Shown piece by piece: positions 10,756-24,087 of a stretch of DNA of 64,000 nt (position 1 is the stretch's first letter; every line of letters starts with the position of its first letter). Where the stretch lies: NCBI RefSeq assembly GCF_030684315.1, contig NC_081370.1, positions 23,811,078 to 23,875,077 on the forward strand, given 5' to 3'. Source of the stretch: Stegostoma tigrinum (Eukaryota). Both the position numbers and the translations under genes were made by a program. Under the pieces are notes generated by a model that was not told the DNA's origin, made no database searches, and saw only the letters and a list, made by a program, of their open reading frames with translations.

Positions 10756-13700
10756 ATAAATGTTTCTGTATAGAATAACTGGCATTATTTGATCCACCTG
10801 CCAAGCAGAAAATAAACAACAACTATTCATGATGAGGTAGTGAAATTGTAACTTTTTAGGTTTGAATTAGATTGTGTGTTGCTCTTAAATTAAAAGAAAG
10901 GTATGGGAGTTGACCACTGTTAGAAATTAAATACTGGGCCAAAAGTTTTGACTAGTTTGGTTTGTAGAAAATGTTGATAAGTAACTGCTAATTTTGTTTG
11001 TTAACAATGCTTGGCTGCAGTCTTAACTACTTTTTATCCTCTGAATGGACTGTAGTTAATATGGATTATCTTTTCCCCAAATAGCACAGAATGGCTAGCA
11101 TTTATCCTTCTCAGACTGACCTGCTTGTGGACTTTGTGGTGCTGTGTTCGAATGTTGTGTTAAATCGGGCAATTGATGATTGTCTGGTTATGGATATGCT
11201 GTATCAGGAACACTACTATTTGAGTATTGTAATTGGAAGTGTTTGTCTTGAGCTGCACTATTGGTGCAGAACACCAGTAGAATCCCTACGCGTGTAGCAT
11301 AATTCCTTCAATTGTTAGAAGGTGTAATATTGTCACAAAAAAAGACATATAAGTGAAATATTTTGTTTGTTCTCTAGAGGTACAAAGTTTCAAACAATCA
11401 ATTTATGGACGGGAAAGTTAAATTAATGCCCTTATAAATGACCACTTTGTGTTGAGCTGAGTAACAACTCTCTGGTTTTTAAATTTTTGCGAAGTTGTCC
11501 TTTTTATAAAGCAATGCTTTTATGACTCACTGGGGAAAGCATGATAATGTATTGATTTTTATCAAGGTTAGTTGAGTTAGTATTTAGAAATGTTGAAAGT
11601 TATCTCACCAGTATTGGTTACTTACCCATCTCGGGCAACTAAACCTGAACTTATCATTGTTACTTGGTCGTGAGATCTGAACTTCTCCAATTGTCATTTG
11701 TAAAATGAAACATGTTTAGGTTAGATGTTTTTAAAACTGCAACTTATGACTGACATGTTAAATAATATTCCAGTGCAATTTTATTGCTCATTAAATTTTT
11801 ATTGTTCTGCATCTAATTATACATCCTGCGGAACATGTGTGGCATTTACACTTGTATGAAACTCTTCATACCATAGGACATTTACTATATTTATAAGAAT
11901 TCCCCCTGATCTAGAAGCTAATTTGCGAATAGAAGCTCTTTGTGACGACCGAGTAAGCACCCCGAAACACCTTTGATTTAAGTATCTGTCAAATAAAATT
12001 GCATGCATGAAATAGACTCTGCCTGTAAAATTCCTTTGCTTCATCTATTGATTACTGCAATAAGGCCGTTTTTAAAGTTTACTCATAAGCTTGTCCTGAA
12101 TGTGCCTTGAGTTCAGTATGCTGGTAAGAGGATCCTCAGAATTAATCTGAAGGTTGGCTAGTGCGGACTGTAATTGTGGCCTACGAATAAACTTTAGCAG
12201 TGCAGTGTGCTTGTTCTGCCTGAAACCTCCAGTTAATGTGAAGACATGGAATTGAAATAAATTTTTTTTATGGTTGCTGGTGAGTTGGGGCTAAGGAACT
12301 GATTGTATCAACATGCCGCACCTGCTGTTTTCCTTTTGTTTCAATGGGAGTGTTTCTGGCTGAAGTAATGAACGGCTGGCTTTTTGAAGAAGCTGTCCAC
12401 ATATTCACACTTCTCTTTCATCACAGCTTTGCAAATCATTCATTTTTAACTGTACATCCAATTCTGTCTTGAAAATGACCTTTGGATCTGTTTCCACTCA
12501 GACTTTTTGGCGTTATGTTTTATGTCAAAAACCTGATAGTTTGCTTCACCATTTGTGGTTGCAATATTAGCACAGTTTTATAAATTGTAGGCCAAAATAT
12601 TTGTTCTGCTATTTCAATGCGAATGTGTGAAGAAAAATTGTAAAGTTACTTTGCAACAAGCTATTGCAATCTATAATAAAGTGCAAATATGAAGTCACTG
12701 TTTGAAAGTTGACTTCCATTACTGCTTCAAGCTAGCTTTGTAATTTTTGAATCTGTAGGTATTAGTGGTGAGCACAAAGTGTTGAACTTCTTCTTCTGTT
12801 TTTGTATTCTATGAATTGTGTCTAAGAGCAACTATTCTATTGATTGTAATTGTAGGTATTGTTCAACATCAACATTATATAATGGCTGCAAAAATTGACA
12901 TGATTTTATTGTCAGTTTTAATTGCTTTGACCCTGCTTTCCATTACTTCCTCCTTTCTTTAAACTTGTGTGCTTTTTTTTGATACACAAGGCAACCTTAC
13001 TGACTTCTGCTTGGATGCACTTGGGTCAGCTCCTGTGTACTTATCAGTGCAGCTTGTCTAAGTAAATACCAGTATTTCCTGTTACTTTGGGAAGAAAGTG
13101 CTTCCTCAAAATGGCCAGGATTTGAGCTGAGTCACTAACTTGGGTGGTCTCTCGTAATTTATGGTCCAAAGCATGTCAGAGTGTCAATGACTAACATCAC
13201 TATACTGCCTGTAGTCCTTTTATAAGAAACGCAGAGAATAAGATTGGATTACCTGTGCAAGAAAAGTGTTTTTTTTAAGTAATATGTCTCAGTTAAAAAT
13301 GAAGGTAAATCCCATTGGACCATTGGTAACGTAAATGCTGTGCAAAGTACTTTGTTGTGATTGGTCAGCTCTTGTTTAGTACCTGTCCTGGTAAGGCGAG
13401 TACCAGCAGTTAGGTGACGTAAGTGCAACAAACCTTGATTTGTTCAGTTTTACATCCACAGAAGTAAATGCTGCAAACTATAACCAATAGTTTTCTCTCA
13501 GCACCACCAGGTTGAAGGCCATATCTGAAATGAAACCACTTCAGTGTGATTTCAAGCTTACTGGTGTGACGTTCTGTTTGTACTTTTGAATTTAGATCTC
13601 CAGGACTACCATGTAGAAGCCACTTGCAAGATACATTTTGCATAAACTATTTGGCTGTTTCCTACAGTACATTTGCTCTCAACTAGTCACCAATACAGTT

Positions 13701-14158
13701 TAGTATTTTTGGGCTTATGAACCAAGACTATGCGCATTAGAATGCAGTCTTGCAGCAGAAGTGGCTCAGAAGGATTATTAGGTCTTTTTGAGATGGTACT
13801 TTCAAGTTATAAGTCTGTTTGGGCCCAAGTGTGAGGAAAACTACTGTACTTGATATATTATTTGGTACAATTAATAAAGACACGAAAAAGTTGCATTTTT
13901 AAGTTACTGGGGTATTTATAATAGACACAATATTTATGTCTCAAGTCATAAGTGTGTTTAATGAGACTTTCCATTAGTTTTCAGCTTGTAAAGTAAGCAG
14001 GTGAACATTTGGACTGGAGGTGGTGACTTGTAAACTAACTAGTATCTACAGTATGTAGAGTTTAGTAACAGTTACTGTATGTCACATTTAATAAGTATAC
14101 GATATTGCAGTTGTAGGCCTCTAAACATGTTAAAATGACAGCCAATTTGTGGTGTGAG

Positions 14159-15817
14159 TGATAATGGGAACTGCAGATGCTGGAGAATCCAAGACAACAA
14201 AATGTGAGGCTGGATGAACACAGCAGGCCAAGCAGCATCTCAGGAGCACAAAAGCTGACGTTTCGGGCCTAGACCCTTCATGAGAGAGGGGAATGGGGTG
14301 AGGGTTCTGGAATAAATAGGGAGAGAGGGGGAGGCGGACCGAAGATGGAGAGAAAAGAAGATAGGTGGAGAGGAGCGTATAGGTGGGGAGGTAGGGAGGG
14401 GATAGGTCAGTCCAGGGAAGACGGACAGGTCAAGGGATGAGGTTAGTAGGTAGGAGATGGAGGTGTGGCTTGGGGTGGGAGGAAGGGATGGGTGAGAGGA
14501 AGAACAGGTTAGGGAGGCAGAGACAGGTTGGATTGGTTTTGGGATGCAGTGGGTGGAGGGGAAGAGCTGGGCTGGTTGTGTGGTGCAGTGGGGGGAGGGG
14601 ACGAACTGGGCTGGTTTTGGGATGCGGTGGGGGAAGGGGAGATTTTGAAGCTTGTGAAGTCCACATTGATACCATTGGGCTGCAGAGTTCCCACGCGGAA
14701 TATGAGTTGCTGTTCCTGCAACCTTCGGGTGGCATCATTGTGGCACTGCAGGAGGCCCATGACGGACATGTCATCTAAAGAATGGGAGGGGGAGCGGAAA
14801 TGGTTTGCGAGTGGGAGGTGCAGTTGTTTATTGCGAACCGAGCGGAGGTGTTCTGCAAAGCGGTCCCCAAGCCTCCGCTTGGTTTCCCCAATGTAGAGGA
14901 AGCCACACTGGGTACAGTGGATGCAGTATACCACATTGGCAGATGTGCAGGTGAACCTCTGCTTAATGTGGAATGTCATCTTGGGGCCTGGGATGGGGGT
15001 GAGGGAGGAGGTGTGGGGGCAAGTGTAGCATTTCCTGCGGTTGCAGGGGAAGGTGGTGGGGTTGGAGGTCAGTGTGGAGCGAACAAGGGAGTCACGGAGA
15101 GAGTGGTCTCTCCGGAAAGCAGACAGGGGTGGGGATGGAAAAATGTCTTGGGTGGTGGGGTGGGATTGTAGATGACGGAAGTGTCGGAGGATGATGCGTT
15201 GTATCGGGAGGTTGGTGGGGTGGTGTGTGAGAACGAGGGGGATCCTCTTTTTGGGCGGTAGTGGCGGGGGCGGGGTGTGAGGGATGTGTTGCAGGAAATG
15301 CGGGAGACGCGGTCAAGGGCGTTCTTGACCACTGTGGGGGGGAAAGTTGTGGTTCTTGAAGAACTTGGACATCTGGGATGTGCGGGAGTGGAATGCCTCA
15401 TCGTGGGAGCAGATGCGGCGGAGGCGGAGGAATTGGGAATAGGGGATGGAATTTTTGCAGGAGGGTGGGTGGGAGGAGGTGTATTCTAGTAGCTGTGGGA
15501 GTCGGTGGGCTTGAAATGGACATCAGTTACAAGCTGGTTGCCTGAGATGGAGACTGAGAGGTCCAGGAAGGTGAGGGATGTGCTGGAGATGGCCCAGGTG
15601 AACTGAAGGTTGGGGTGGAAGGTGTTGGTGAAGTGGATGAACTGTTCGAGCTCCTCTGGGGAGCAAGAGGCGGCGCCGATACAGTCATCAATGTACCGGA
15701 GGAAGAGGTAGGGTTTGGGGGCCTGTGTAGGTGCGGAAGAGGGACTGTTCCATGTAACCTACAAAGAGGCAGGCATAGCTGGGGCCTATGCGGGTGCCCA
15801 TGGCCACCCCCTTAGTC
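14159..15817 (-). mobile_element. Young 5'-truncated Neptune-clade PLE (RT C-terminal half, Zn-linker, GIY-YIG, 3' UTR, pLTR with tail)
   Basis: Minus-strand motifs KGVAMGTR.GPSYA, LRYIDDCI, FPCNRRKCYTC, VVYCIHCTQCGFLYIGETKRRLGDRFAEH. Frameshifted. pLTR at 14159-14290; its HHR core reads CTCATGA (mutated). Confidence 0.96.
14509..14979 (-). pseudogene. GIY-YIG endonuclease domain of Neptune PLE
   Basis: 156-aa ORF: FTCTSANVVYCIHCTQCGFLYIGETKRRL...EQQLIFRVGTLQPNGINV. Confidence 0.92.
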
Positions 15818-16049
15818 GGCTCAAGCTTCCTGATCATTTCTTCCGTAACAGTGCATTTGAGACATTACATTTAGAATTGTTTTGTACGCTTCTGTTCATT
15901 TTTTTATCATTGGCATTAAAATGTACACAGACATAACATTCCATTTTGTTGTACCAGTGAACTTCTCTGTCTTGTTTGTAAGTGTTTTGAATCAAGACAT
16001 TACCACTCTGTTCTAAGGACAGAAAGTCCTGGCCTGCTTGTAGAAATTT

Positions 16050-16160
16050 TCTAATCAACCTGTTCAGAGATGTTATTATTCACCTCCTGGAATAAGTGGC
16101 ATTTGAATCTGGGCTGCCTTGTGCAGAGGAATGGACACAACCATTGCACCACAAAAGCCC
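16050..16160 (-). mobile_element. Short tRNA-derived SINE with TSD
   Basis: Minus strand has A box tggtgcaatgg and B-box-like gattcaaatgcc. Flanks tcctg(g/c)cctgctt at 16027-16039 and 16161-16173. Confidence 0.75.
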
Positions 16161-17049
16161 TCCTGCCCTGCTTTTGAAGTTCAAAACTGCAGCTGCTTTC
16201 CTGCATAAAGCAGTTGCTAGAAGCTGGCTGCTTTTCACAGTGGCGTTATTGTGAATTGATATTTCCTTTTTTCTTTGTACACCATGGGTCGGAGTTTTGG
16301 AATCTTTAATGTAAGTCAGCTATCCTCTTCAATGGGTTGACATATGGACTGTGGAGTTACAGGATACCTTGATGAGCTAAGCATCTTAGTTCATCTTATG
16401 TATTCATCCAGAATAAATTTCAAGCACCCTATTGAGCCATCCAGTTATTTATTTTAAACGAGCTTCTATGCTCCTGATTTGAATGCTCAAGAGCCAATTT
16501 TAAGTAACTCATTTTGGTTTGGGGCATTGCCTGATATGGATCCTAAAGCTGCTGCTTGCTTGTCAAACAGAAGCATGTTGGCCAATTCACCCCCTGGTGA
16601 TGATTCCATCACATCATAGGCAACGGTCACTTAAGTTTTTGTTCCAAGTACCTAGGTACCATCACCCAACAAAACATATCAATCTCATGCTTGAATTTTT
16701 CTTTTTTATTTATTCATTATTGGGATAAGGGTGTCTCTAGCTAAGCAGCATTTATTGCCTATCTCTAATTGACCAGAGAGCCGTAAGTGTATGCTGATGA
16801 GCTCCAAGAACTCTGAGGTGGTCACCAAGAGTTGTAGGAAGGCTCCCTAAGACATTTTAGGAGGAGAACTTTTAAGCTTATTTTCCCTGCCTAGTATTTA
16901 TTATCCAGTTCTTGCTACTGTAGAGCCAGGTGCTGAGGAGACCGGTTTTGTAGACTTCCAGGTAGTGCAGTCAGTCAGCGTCCTTTTGTTTCACGTTCTT
17001 AGTCAGCTTGAATGTAACAGCTGTAGTTTTTGTGATGCATGTTTTGATT

Positions 17050-17710
17050 TCAGCATCAAGTGACCGATTTTGGCAGAGACTGTAAAAGTAGATTGGAAGG
17101 CCTCAGCAGCTTCTTTGTTGACATACCATCATCCAATAACCCAGTGTCCTGGGTTATGAGATCTGTCTTCCTGACGTTGATGATTAAACCAAACCAAACT
17201 CTCTTTGCAGGTGTGAGCAAATCTGTCCATTTGCTGCTGAAGGTGTTCCTCTGTATGCAATGCTACTGTGACATAATCAGTGCAGAGCAATTCTGACGAC
17301 TTGGCGTGCTTAAGTCTTGGATCCCAGGCAAGCAAAATTGAACACCTTCCTGTCAATTCTGTTGCGAATAGACACCCTGTTTACAAGCATAAAATAGCAC
17401 CACGGAGAAGAATGTCAAAGAGTATTTGACCGTACTATGAATTTCTTGGGTGTTGAGTGTTATTCCATCATGGCTGACCTTGGCCACCATGTTGTCATGA
17501 AGAGTGGAAATCACATTAAACAGCTTCAGGAGACAACCAGTTTGCTCCAGCTTGTTTTGATTGCTGACCCAGCTGCATGAATGCCTTGCTAAGGTCAATG
17601 AATGCAATGTATTCCGGTTTGTTCATGACATTTCTCTTGCAGCTGCTGGACTGAGAAGATCATGTCAATTGTAAATTTTAAAGTTCTGAAACCACATGGA
17701 ATCAGGGTAT
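17050..17710 (-). mobile_element. RTE-clade LINE RT fragment
   Basis: GFR...TIDMIFSVQQLQEKCHEQ; ISTLHDNM; LLCTDY..ALHTEEHLQQQMDRFAHTCKE. Confidence 0.85.
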
Positions 17711-18029
17711 GTACATTTGGGCAGGATCTGCAGTTTGGCATGGGTAACAAAGGCAAAAACTTTTCCTTTGCTCGGCAGGGAGTTGAAGTTGCTGTGGTTG
17801 CTTTGTTCGTGCACAAGTTTGTTATTCTGTATTTTGGATTACCTAGCTTTAACTTTTAAGACTACAACCTATTATTGTGGATTTTTCCATCAGATGAAAT
17901 AGCATCTTTATATCTACCCAATTTGAATTCTTTCATAATTTTAGTCATTTTAATTAGTTTGAACTTAAATTTCTATGACCGGTAAGGATCCCAGAATAAC
18001 TTTACCAATTACATATGCTGTTTTGTGTC

Positions 18030-18422
18030 AGCTCCCACTCAGTCAGTAGTACTGTTATGTTTGAGCAGGAAGCTGTGGGTTCAAGTCACACACCAGGGCT
18101 TGCTCACAACAACCTAGGCTGACACTCCAGTGCATTACGAAGTGAGGGCTGCACTGTCAAAGGTGCTCTATTTCAACTGAGATGACAAGCCAAGGCCCCA
18201 AGTGGTGGCTGTGCAAGATCACATGATACTTTTTTTAGGAAGTGTTATGGGAGTTCACCCGTGAGCTCTGCTGCAATAGTTATATCTCTGTTTGCATCAC
18301 GTAAACCAGATTATTGGGACTTTATCATCTCACTGTGGGGGCTTTCTATGCACTAGTTTGATGTTATTACTTTGGGGCATTGCAAAAAGTTGTGAAAGGC
18401 ACTATGCAAATACTGACTCATT
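18030..18422 (+). mobile_element. DeuSINE (SacSINE1-like)
   Basis: B-box gggttcaagtc, then aggctgacactccagtgca, Deu core gctgcactgtcaaaggtgc...gagatg, and tail tgtgaaaggcactatgcaaat. Confidence 0.75.
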
Positions 18423-18774
18423 TTTTTTCTGGTACTCCTGTGTGAAAATACCTGCCAGGTGCCGCTGCCCCTTGCTGATAAACTGAATTTCTCTTGTCGT
18501 CTCTCATTACTTAGATGTCTGACACTAAGGATCTTCTCTACACTCTTGAACACCTCCCCAGTTTCTTGCTGACCAGAACAGGATGTAATACTGCTGATGT
18601 GTCTGACCAGAAAAGCTTGTTCATAACTTCCTCTAAAATGTAATCTCAAGATTGTACTATGTAGTTTTCTTTCACATTAGATCAGTTCATTGATACTGTG
18701 CATTGTTTGGAAATGTTGAGCATTGAAGCCATTAAAAGTTGTGACCTCTCTTTTTCAGTCTCATTCAGAGACAA

Positions 18775-18914
18775 GGTCAAAAATTACATAACACCAGGTT
18801 ACAGTCCAACAAGTTGATTTGAAAACAAAGCTTTTGGAGCCTCAGTCAAGTCACCAATACCTGGTGGTGAGTTCTGACCTTGTCTATCCTAGTCCAACAC
18901 TGGCCCCTTTTACA
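18775..18914. mobile_element. Short partly palindromic PLE pLTR (same family as 5749-5943)
   Basis: acaccaggttacagtccaaca...aagctttt. TSD tcattc(a/t)gagacaa at 18761-18774 and 18915-18928. Confidence 0.7.
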
Positions 18915-20332
18915 TCATTCTGAGACAAAATAGAATCGTAAAGTATGTATGTTTTCATTCTTCAATGTAGTGTCTTAATATTGTTTTAATTAAACCTGTA
19001 ATCTACTATCATTAACTTTGCTTACATTTTTAGTTTCTTTTCATCGCTGCCACCTTAAATTGCATTTGTCTCACTTGGTTTCCCATTTTTTTTGTAAACC
19101 TGACCTGTATAGAATGAGTTTCTTAATCCCAGTCACTGGGTCTGTTAGAAATAATAGTGGCCCAACACTGAGCCCTAGAGCAACCTGCTGGGTATAGCTC
19201 TCCAAACGCCACATCAATCTTTTCTGATACGGCTAATCTAAACACTTTTTCCAATTATTCACTAGCCTTCTGTCTATTTATCATCTATTTTCAAATTTCT
19301 TCCTGAATCAGAACAGATTTGACTTTAACAAGTAGTTTTTTGTGAAATTTCGTAATGATATTAGGAAATGTTTTAAACACAATGTCATTGAGCTTTTCTG
19401 CAGTTGATTTGCATTACTATGTTTTAAAGAAATCAATAGTTTTTTAAAAATGATAATTGAAATGTTTTCGGTGCATTGCTTTTTATCTGTGTTTAGTGAT
19501 AATGGTACTTTTTTAGTTACAATTTTCCCAACCTTAGTTTAATATGGTCTATTTTTGCAAATGCTTCAAAGCAGTCTTTGGAGCTACTGAAATGAATTTC
19601 AATTTTAGATGCCAAAGGTTCTTAATTTAAATTTAAACTATACAGTTCTAGTTTTAAGCTCTATGTGTAGTCCAATCTTGGCATAATTATATGCCCAGTA
19701 AAAGTTGTGTGTTTATAATATTGAAAATTTAATCTATCCATGGAATCAGCCTTGCTGTGTTTTAAGATGGCATTCTCAAATGACATGAATTTCTGGTAAT
19801 TCCCTGTTTCTGTGCAATATATAATGGCAAACATCAAATTTTGTAGAAGTAAGAGGCTTCTATCTTGATAACTTTGAGTTTATCCAGTAAGTAGTTGAGT
19901 CTCACAGATCATGCAGGCACCTCGTTTGTTCCTAAGCCTGTGCTGAAAATGCTGAACTCGGCTTGAGCAATTGAAGGGAATCTATATTTGACCTTGACTG
20001 CCTGAGTTAGGGAGGGGAACAAGAGCCAGATATGCCCTCATAATTGCAATGCAGTGATTCTTGTTGGTGTATATTTGTAATTATTTGGGTCAGAACTACT
20101 GCTTGGTAAATCCTGAGAATGCCTACTCATATGGACATCCAGCTAGCATTTAGTATTAAAAGTGATATCATGATGGTCGATCCTTTTTGAGGAATCAGCG
20201 GCATCATTGTCAGTGTACCCCAGTAAGGAATTCATGGCAGTAGGAGGAGGAAAAGTTAAGAGAAAAAATTATCGTAAATAGTACACCTAGGGTGGAGTCA
20301 GTCAAGGTAAGTAAACAACCATCAATGTCTGG

Positions 20333-20672
20333 TAGAATCATAGGACCCCTACGGTGCAGAAAGAGGCCGTTCGGCCCATTTGTATCTGCCTGACCAAATT
20401 CCACCCAGACTCTCTCCTCTCATAACTCCACATTTCCTGTAGCTAATCCACCGAGACTACACATCCCTGGACACTACAGGAAAATTTAGCATGGCCAGTT
20501 CACCTAAGCTACACACCTTTTTAGACTGTGGGAGGAATTGGGAAAATCTGAAATCCACAGACATGGCAGGAACATGTCAACTCCACGCAGACACTCTCTC
20601 AAGGTTGGAATTAAAACTTGGTCCCTGGTGCTGTGGGGTGGCAGTGCTAACCATTGTGCCACTGTGCTGTCC
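20333..20672 (-). mobile_element. HE1-type V-SINE (elasmobranch)
   Basis: Minus strand: tRNA head gcacagtggcacaatggttagcactgc, V-domain-like tgcgtggagttgacatgttcctgccatgtctgtgg...ttcctcccacagtc, CR1-like tail gggccgaacggcctctttctgcacc. Confidence 0.9.
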
Positions 20673-21689
20673 GGTGGAATGATTTGAGCTAATCTGTATG
20701 TTCTAGATAAAGTGATTTTTTTTTCAAAAATGAAGCACAAGATTGCTAACAGAATCAATGCATCTGTTTCCCAATTGAAAGTAAGCTTGCTCAGGACGGG
20801 GGCAAAAGATCCTTTTAAAAGATTTAGTTATTTGCTTTATTTTGAAATGCTAAAACTGTGGTTCGGGTGAGATACAAGTCAGCCTATATAGAAACTAGTT
20901 TTAAAGGTTAGAATCAATGTGGACCATGGTGTTATTTACTGGAAACTAGTGTCGTGATGCCTATAAAAAGGAAACCCTAAGTATGTAGGAAATCAGTCTG
21001 AGAAATTCAGTCACACGCAGCATTTCTATTAACCGCAATTAGAGCAGCGTGTTCTTACTTTTACATGCAAAACAGGTGCAAACTCAGCTATTTTGGATTA
21101 TTTGGTGGGAAGTGGTTTCAACTGTTTCTGGTCCTTTTGTTTCTTCACGCTAAATGATGATGTGACTTGCAATGAAGGTGCTTTTATTATTACCATCTTC
21201 TAGGATTTTTTTTGAAGTGGTGGTGTCCTTTAATACACACATAAACTAATTTCTGAGAGGATAGTGTCCTTTCTTACATAGATTAAAAGAAATTGGTTCA
21301 TGTTACATTTCTGAATCTGTTCTGTTAGCCCAAATATTTTATGTGCAAATGTCTGATATTAGAACTGAATTTGTCAATGAAACCTTTCCAGCAGTAAGTA
21401 GCTGTACTATTATGCTTAAATATTCTGCTTTGCTTATCAGTTGTTTTAATGCTGTGTTTTACAAATTGTTGTCACCACATGTTATGTTGAATAAAATATA
21501 AAATATATGTTACAAATTAATTAAACTTGATCAATGAATAAGCAATCTTTCAGGAACTTTTTTGAGAATTTCTAACTACTTATGAAGAAGGCTACTGTGG
21601 AAATGGATTTCTCAGTGTAACAAGCCAACTTTGACATTGTTTTATACCTGAAGGTGTGCATTTTGATACAAGTCACATCAGAGCTCAAA

Positions 21690-22110
21690 AATGATGCACA
21701 GTGGATGCTGGACATGTGAAAAAGAATGGAAAGTGCTGAAGAAATTTAGCAAGTCTAGGTACTTCTGCGGAGAGAGAAACACAGTTAATGCTCAAATCCA
21801 ATATTGCTGTTCTTTGGAATCAAAGAAATTAGAATAATTGGTTTTATATGTAGGAAGGGGAGGTGAAGAACAAGTGATGAGGAGAGAGACATGGAAAGAC
21901 TTAAAGGGCAAGGGAGATTTCGGGCAAGACAGAACAAAAGGCAAAGGGAATGGTAACGATTGTAGAGAAGAGAGAGAAAGAGGTCCAGAATAACTGAGTA
22001 ATGGTAGAGAGCAGGTAAGGCCCGCTGAAAGCAAAACATAGGCAGGTACTGGGTTGGCAAAGACAAAGGGAGATGGATTCTTGATTACGAAGGGAACTAA
22101 ATATTGTTTG
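21690..22110 (-). mobile_element. Old Neptune PLE pLTR/3' UTR remnant
   Basis: ggatgctgga...gtgctgaagaaatttagcaagtctagg...gagagagaaacacagttaatg followed by a purine-rich tract. Confidence 0.5.
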
Positions 22111-22139
22111 GGGTAAGGGTGAATCCATGTTGTGTCAAT

Positions 22140-22365
22140 TGGAACAAAAACAGTTGCTGTGAAAGCTCAGCAGGTCTGGCAGCATTTTTTGAAGAAGAAA
22201 ATCAGTTAATGTTTCGGGTCCGGTGGCCCTACCTTAGAACTGAGGAAAGGCCACTGGACCCGACACGTTAAGTCTGTTTTTCTTCACAGAACTGTTCATA
22301 ACTGTTTTACAGCAGCTTCTGATTTTGTTCTTGACTTACGGTATCCCGCAGTTGTTTGGGTCTTA
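22140..22365. mobile_element. Older palindromic Neptune pLTR insertion
   Basis: gttaatgtttcgggtccggtggcc is inverted as ggccactggacccgacacgttaa around ~22235; HHR-like ctgaggaa...cgacacgtt. Confidence 0.7.
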
Positions 22366-22599
22366 TTAGGCCAATCGGTATTGGGTCGACCATGACACAA
22401 TTAAATGTTGGAGCAGGCTTCGTAGGCCGAGTGGTGCCTCTGTGTTCCTAATTTGCATTTTTTATGCCAGTCTTGTCAGCTGTGTAACTGTTGTGGATCT
22501 GCAATTTGCTTTTATGTTATTACTCCTTTGGAGCAAGCCTCTGTTTATTTTGGCTATTGTTATAATACAATTAGTCCATGTCCCCCTCATTTTGTACGT

Positions 22600-23420
22600 C
22601 TACCACACAGAAAAAGGTCCATCAGCCCATTGAGTATGTGCTGGTCAAAAGCAAACACCCAAGTATTCTTAACCCATTTTTTCAACACTTGGCCCATTGA
22701 AAGGGCACATCTAAAATCTTCATAAATATTATGAGGGTTTCTGCCTCTATCATCCTTACACCGGCTTAGTGATTCCAATTCTTTCTCTCATTCCCTCTAA
22801 ATCTCCTGCCCCTTACCTTAACTCTAACTCTATGCCCCTGGTCATTGATTCCTCCCCCAATTGAAGAAGTTCTTTACTGTCTACCCGATCTACGATCGTC
22901 ATAATTTTATACACCTCAATCACATCCCCCTAAGTTTCTTCTGATCCAAGAAAAACAGCCTAAGTCTATTCAATCCCTCTTCATAATTAATTCTCTTCAT
23001 AGTTAAAATTCTCCAGATTAGGCAGCGTGCTGGTGAATCTCCTCTGCCCCTCTCCAGTGCAATCACATTCTTCCTGTAATGTGGATTCCAGGTCTGCACA
23101 CAGTACTGCACCTGTGGCCTAAATAACATTTTATTCAGTTCCACCATAAACTCCCTGCTCTTGAATGCTGTGTAACAGCTAATGTCCCATGTATCTTTAA
23201 CCATTTTGTCTACCTGTCTGCAATCTTAAGCGATTAGTGGACGTGCTTACGAAAGTCCCTATGATCTTTGGTGCTTCCCAGGGTCCTATCGTTCATCATG
23301 TATTCCCTTGACTTGTTTGTCCTGCCCAAATGTGTCACTTCACACTTATCTTGTAATCTAAAGCTATCCTCCTCACTAGCACCTCACCAATTTTTGCATC
23401 AGTCATGAACTTATTAATCC
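22600..23420 (-). mobile_element. CR1 LINE 3' fragment
   Basis: ORF 22920-23204: LFRPQVQYCVQTWNPHYRKNVIALE...YEEGLNRLRLFFL; CR1 3' UTR. Confidence 0.85.
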
Positions 23421-24059
23421 ACCTGATGCCATCATGAAGAAGACTGTTTTGGAACTTGGACACAATGAAAACACAATGGAAACTTGGGTTCCTGTCAAGC
23501 AATCTATCCATATTGGAAATTGACCATTTGAAACAAACGTACTGAATGTATCTGATATGCATATGTCATTCAGTACCACATGTTTAGACTGACATGGGTT
23601 CTTTTGTGCTCACAACAAGGCAACATATTGATCTTTTTTATGATTGAAAGTAGCATTTAGTGCAACTGTCGATTTTAAACTACTGTGATATGACCATTGT
23701 GCAAGATTATTAATCACTTTGCAATGGTTTATATATTAGAAAATGACTCCATATTTGAAATTTCCGATCTCAGATTAATGGCTGCATGTAGGTTTTTGTT
23801 TTCAGAGGCATTGGGCATTTTTGCAAACCTTTGCTAACTGACCTAATTAGTGGAACTTAACAGCGGGTGCTGCATGATTCTTGGAAAGTCCAGGAAACAC
23901 TTATTGACAGTCACACTCACTGGTTGTTGGTAATTTTTTTCTAAATGAACCACCAAAGCAGTAGAGATAATGGGAACTGCAGATGTTGGAGAATCCAAGA
24001 CAACAAAATGTGAGGCTGGATGAACACAGGCCAAGCAGCATCTCAGGAGCACAAAAGCT

Positions 24060-24087
24060 GACGTTTCGGGCCTAGACCCTTCTTCAG
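24060..24087 (-). ncRNA. Minimal hammerhead ribozyme motif (Neptune pLTR)
   Basis: Minus strand reads CTGAAGA-AGGGTCTAGGCCC-GAAACGTC. Confidence 0.7.

Noticed and set aside
14254-14285. Active hammerhead in the long Neptune copy
   Set aside because: The core reads CUCAUGA (G5 changed), which is expected to be inactive.
14159-15817. Intact autonomous PLE
   Set aside because: It is 5'-truncated at RT motif B and frameshifted, and no TSD was found.
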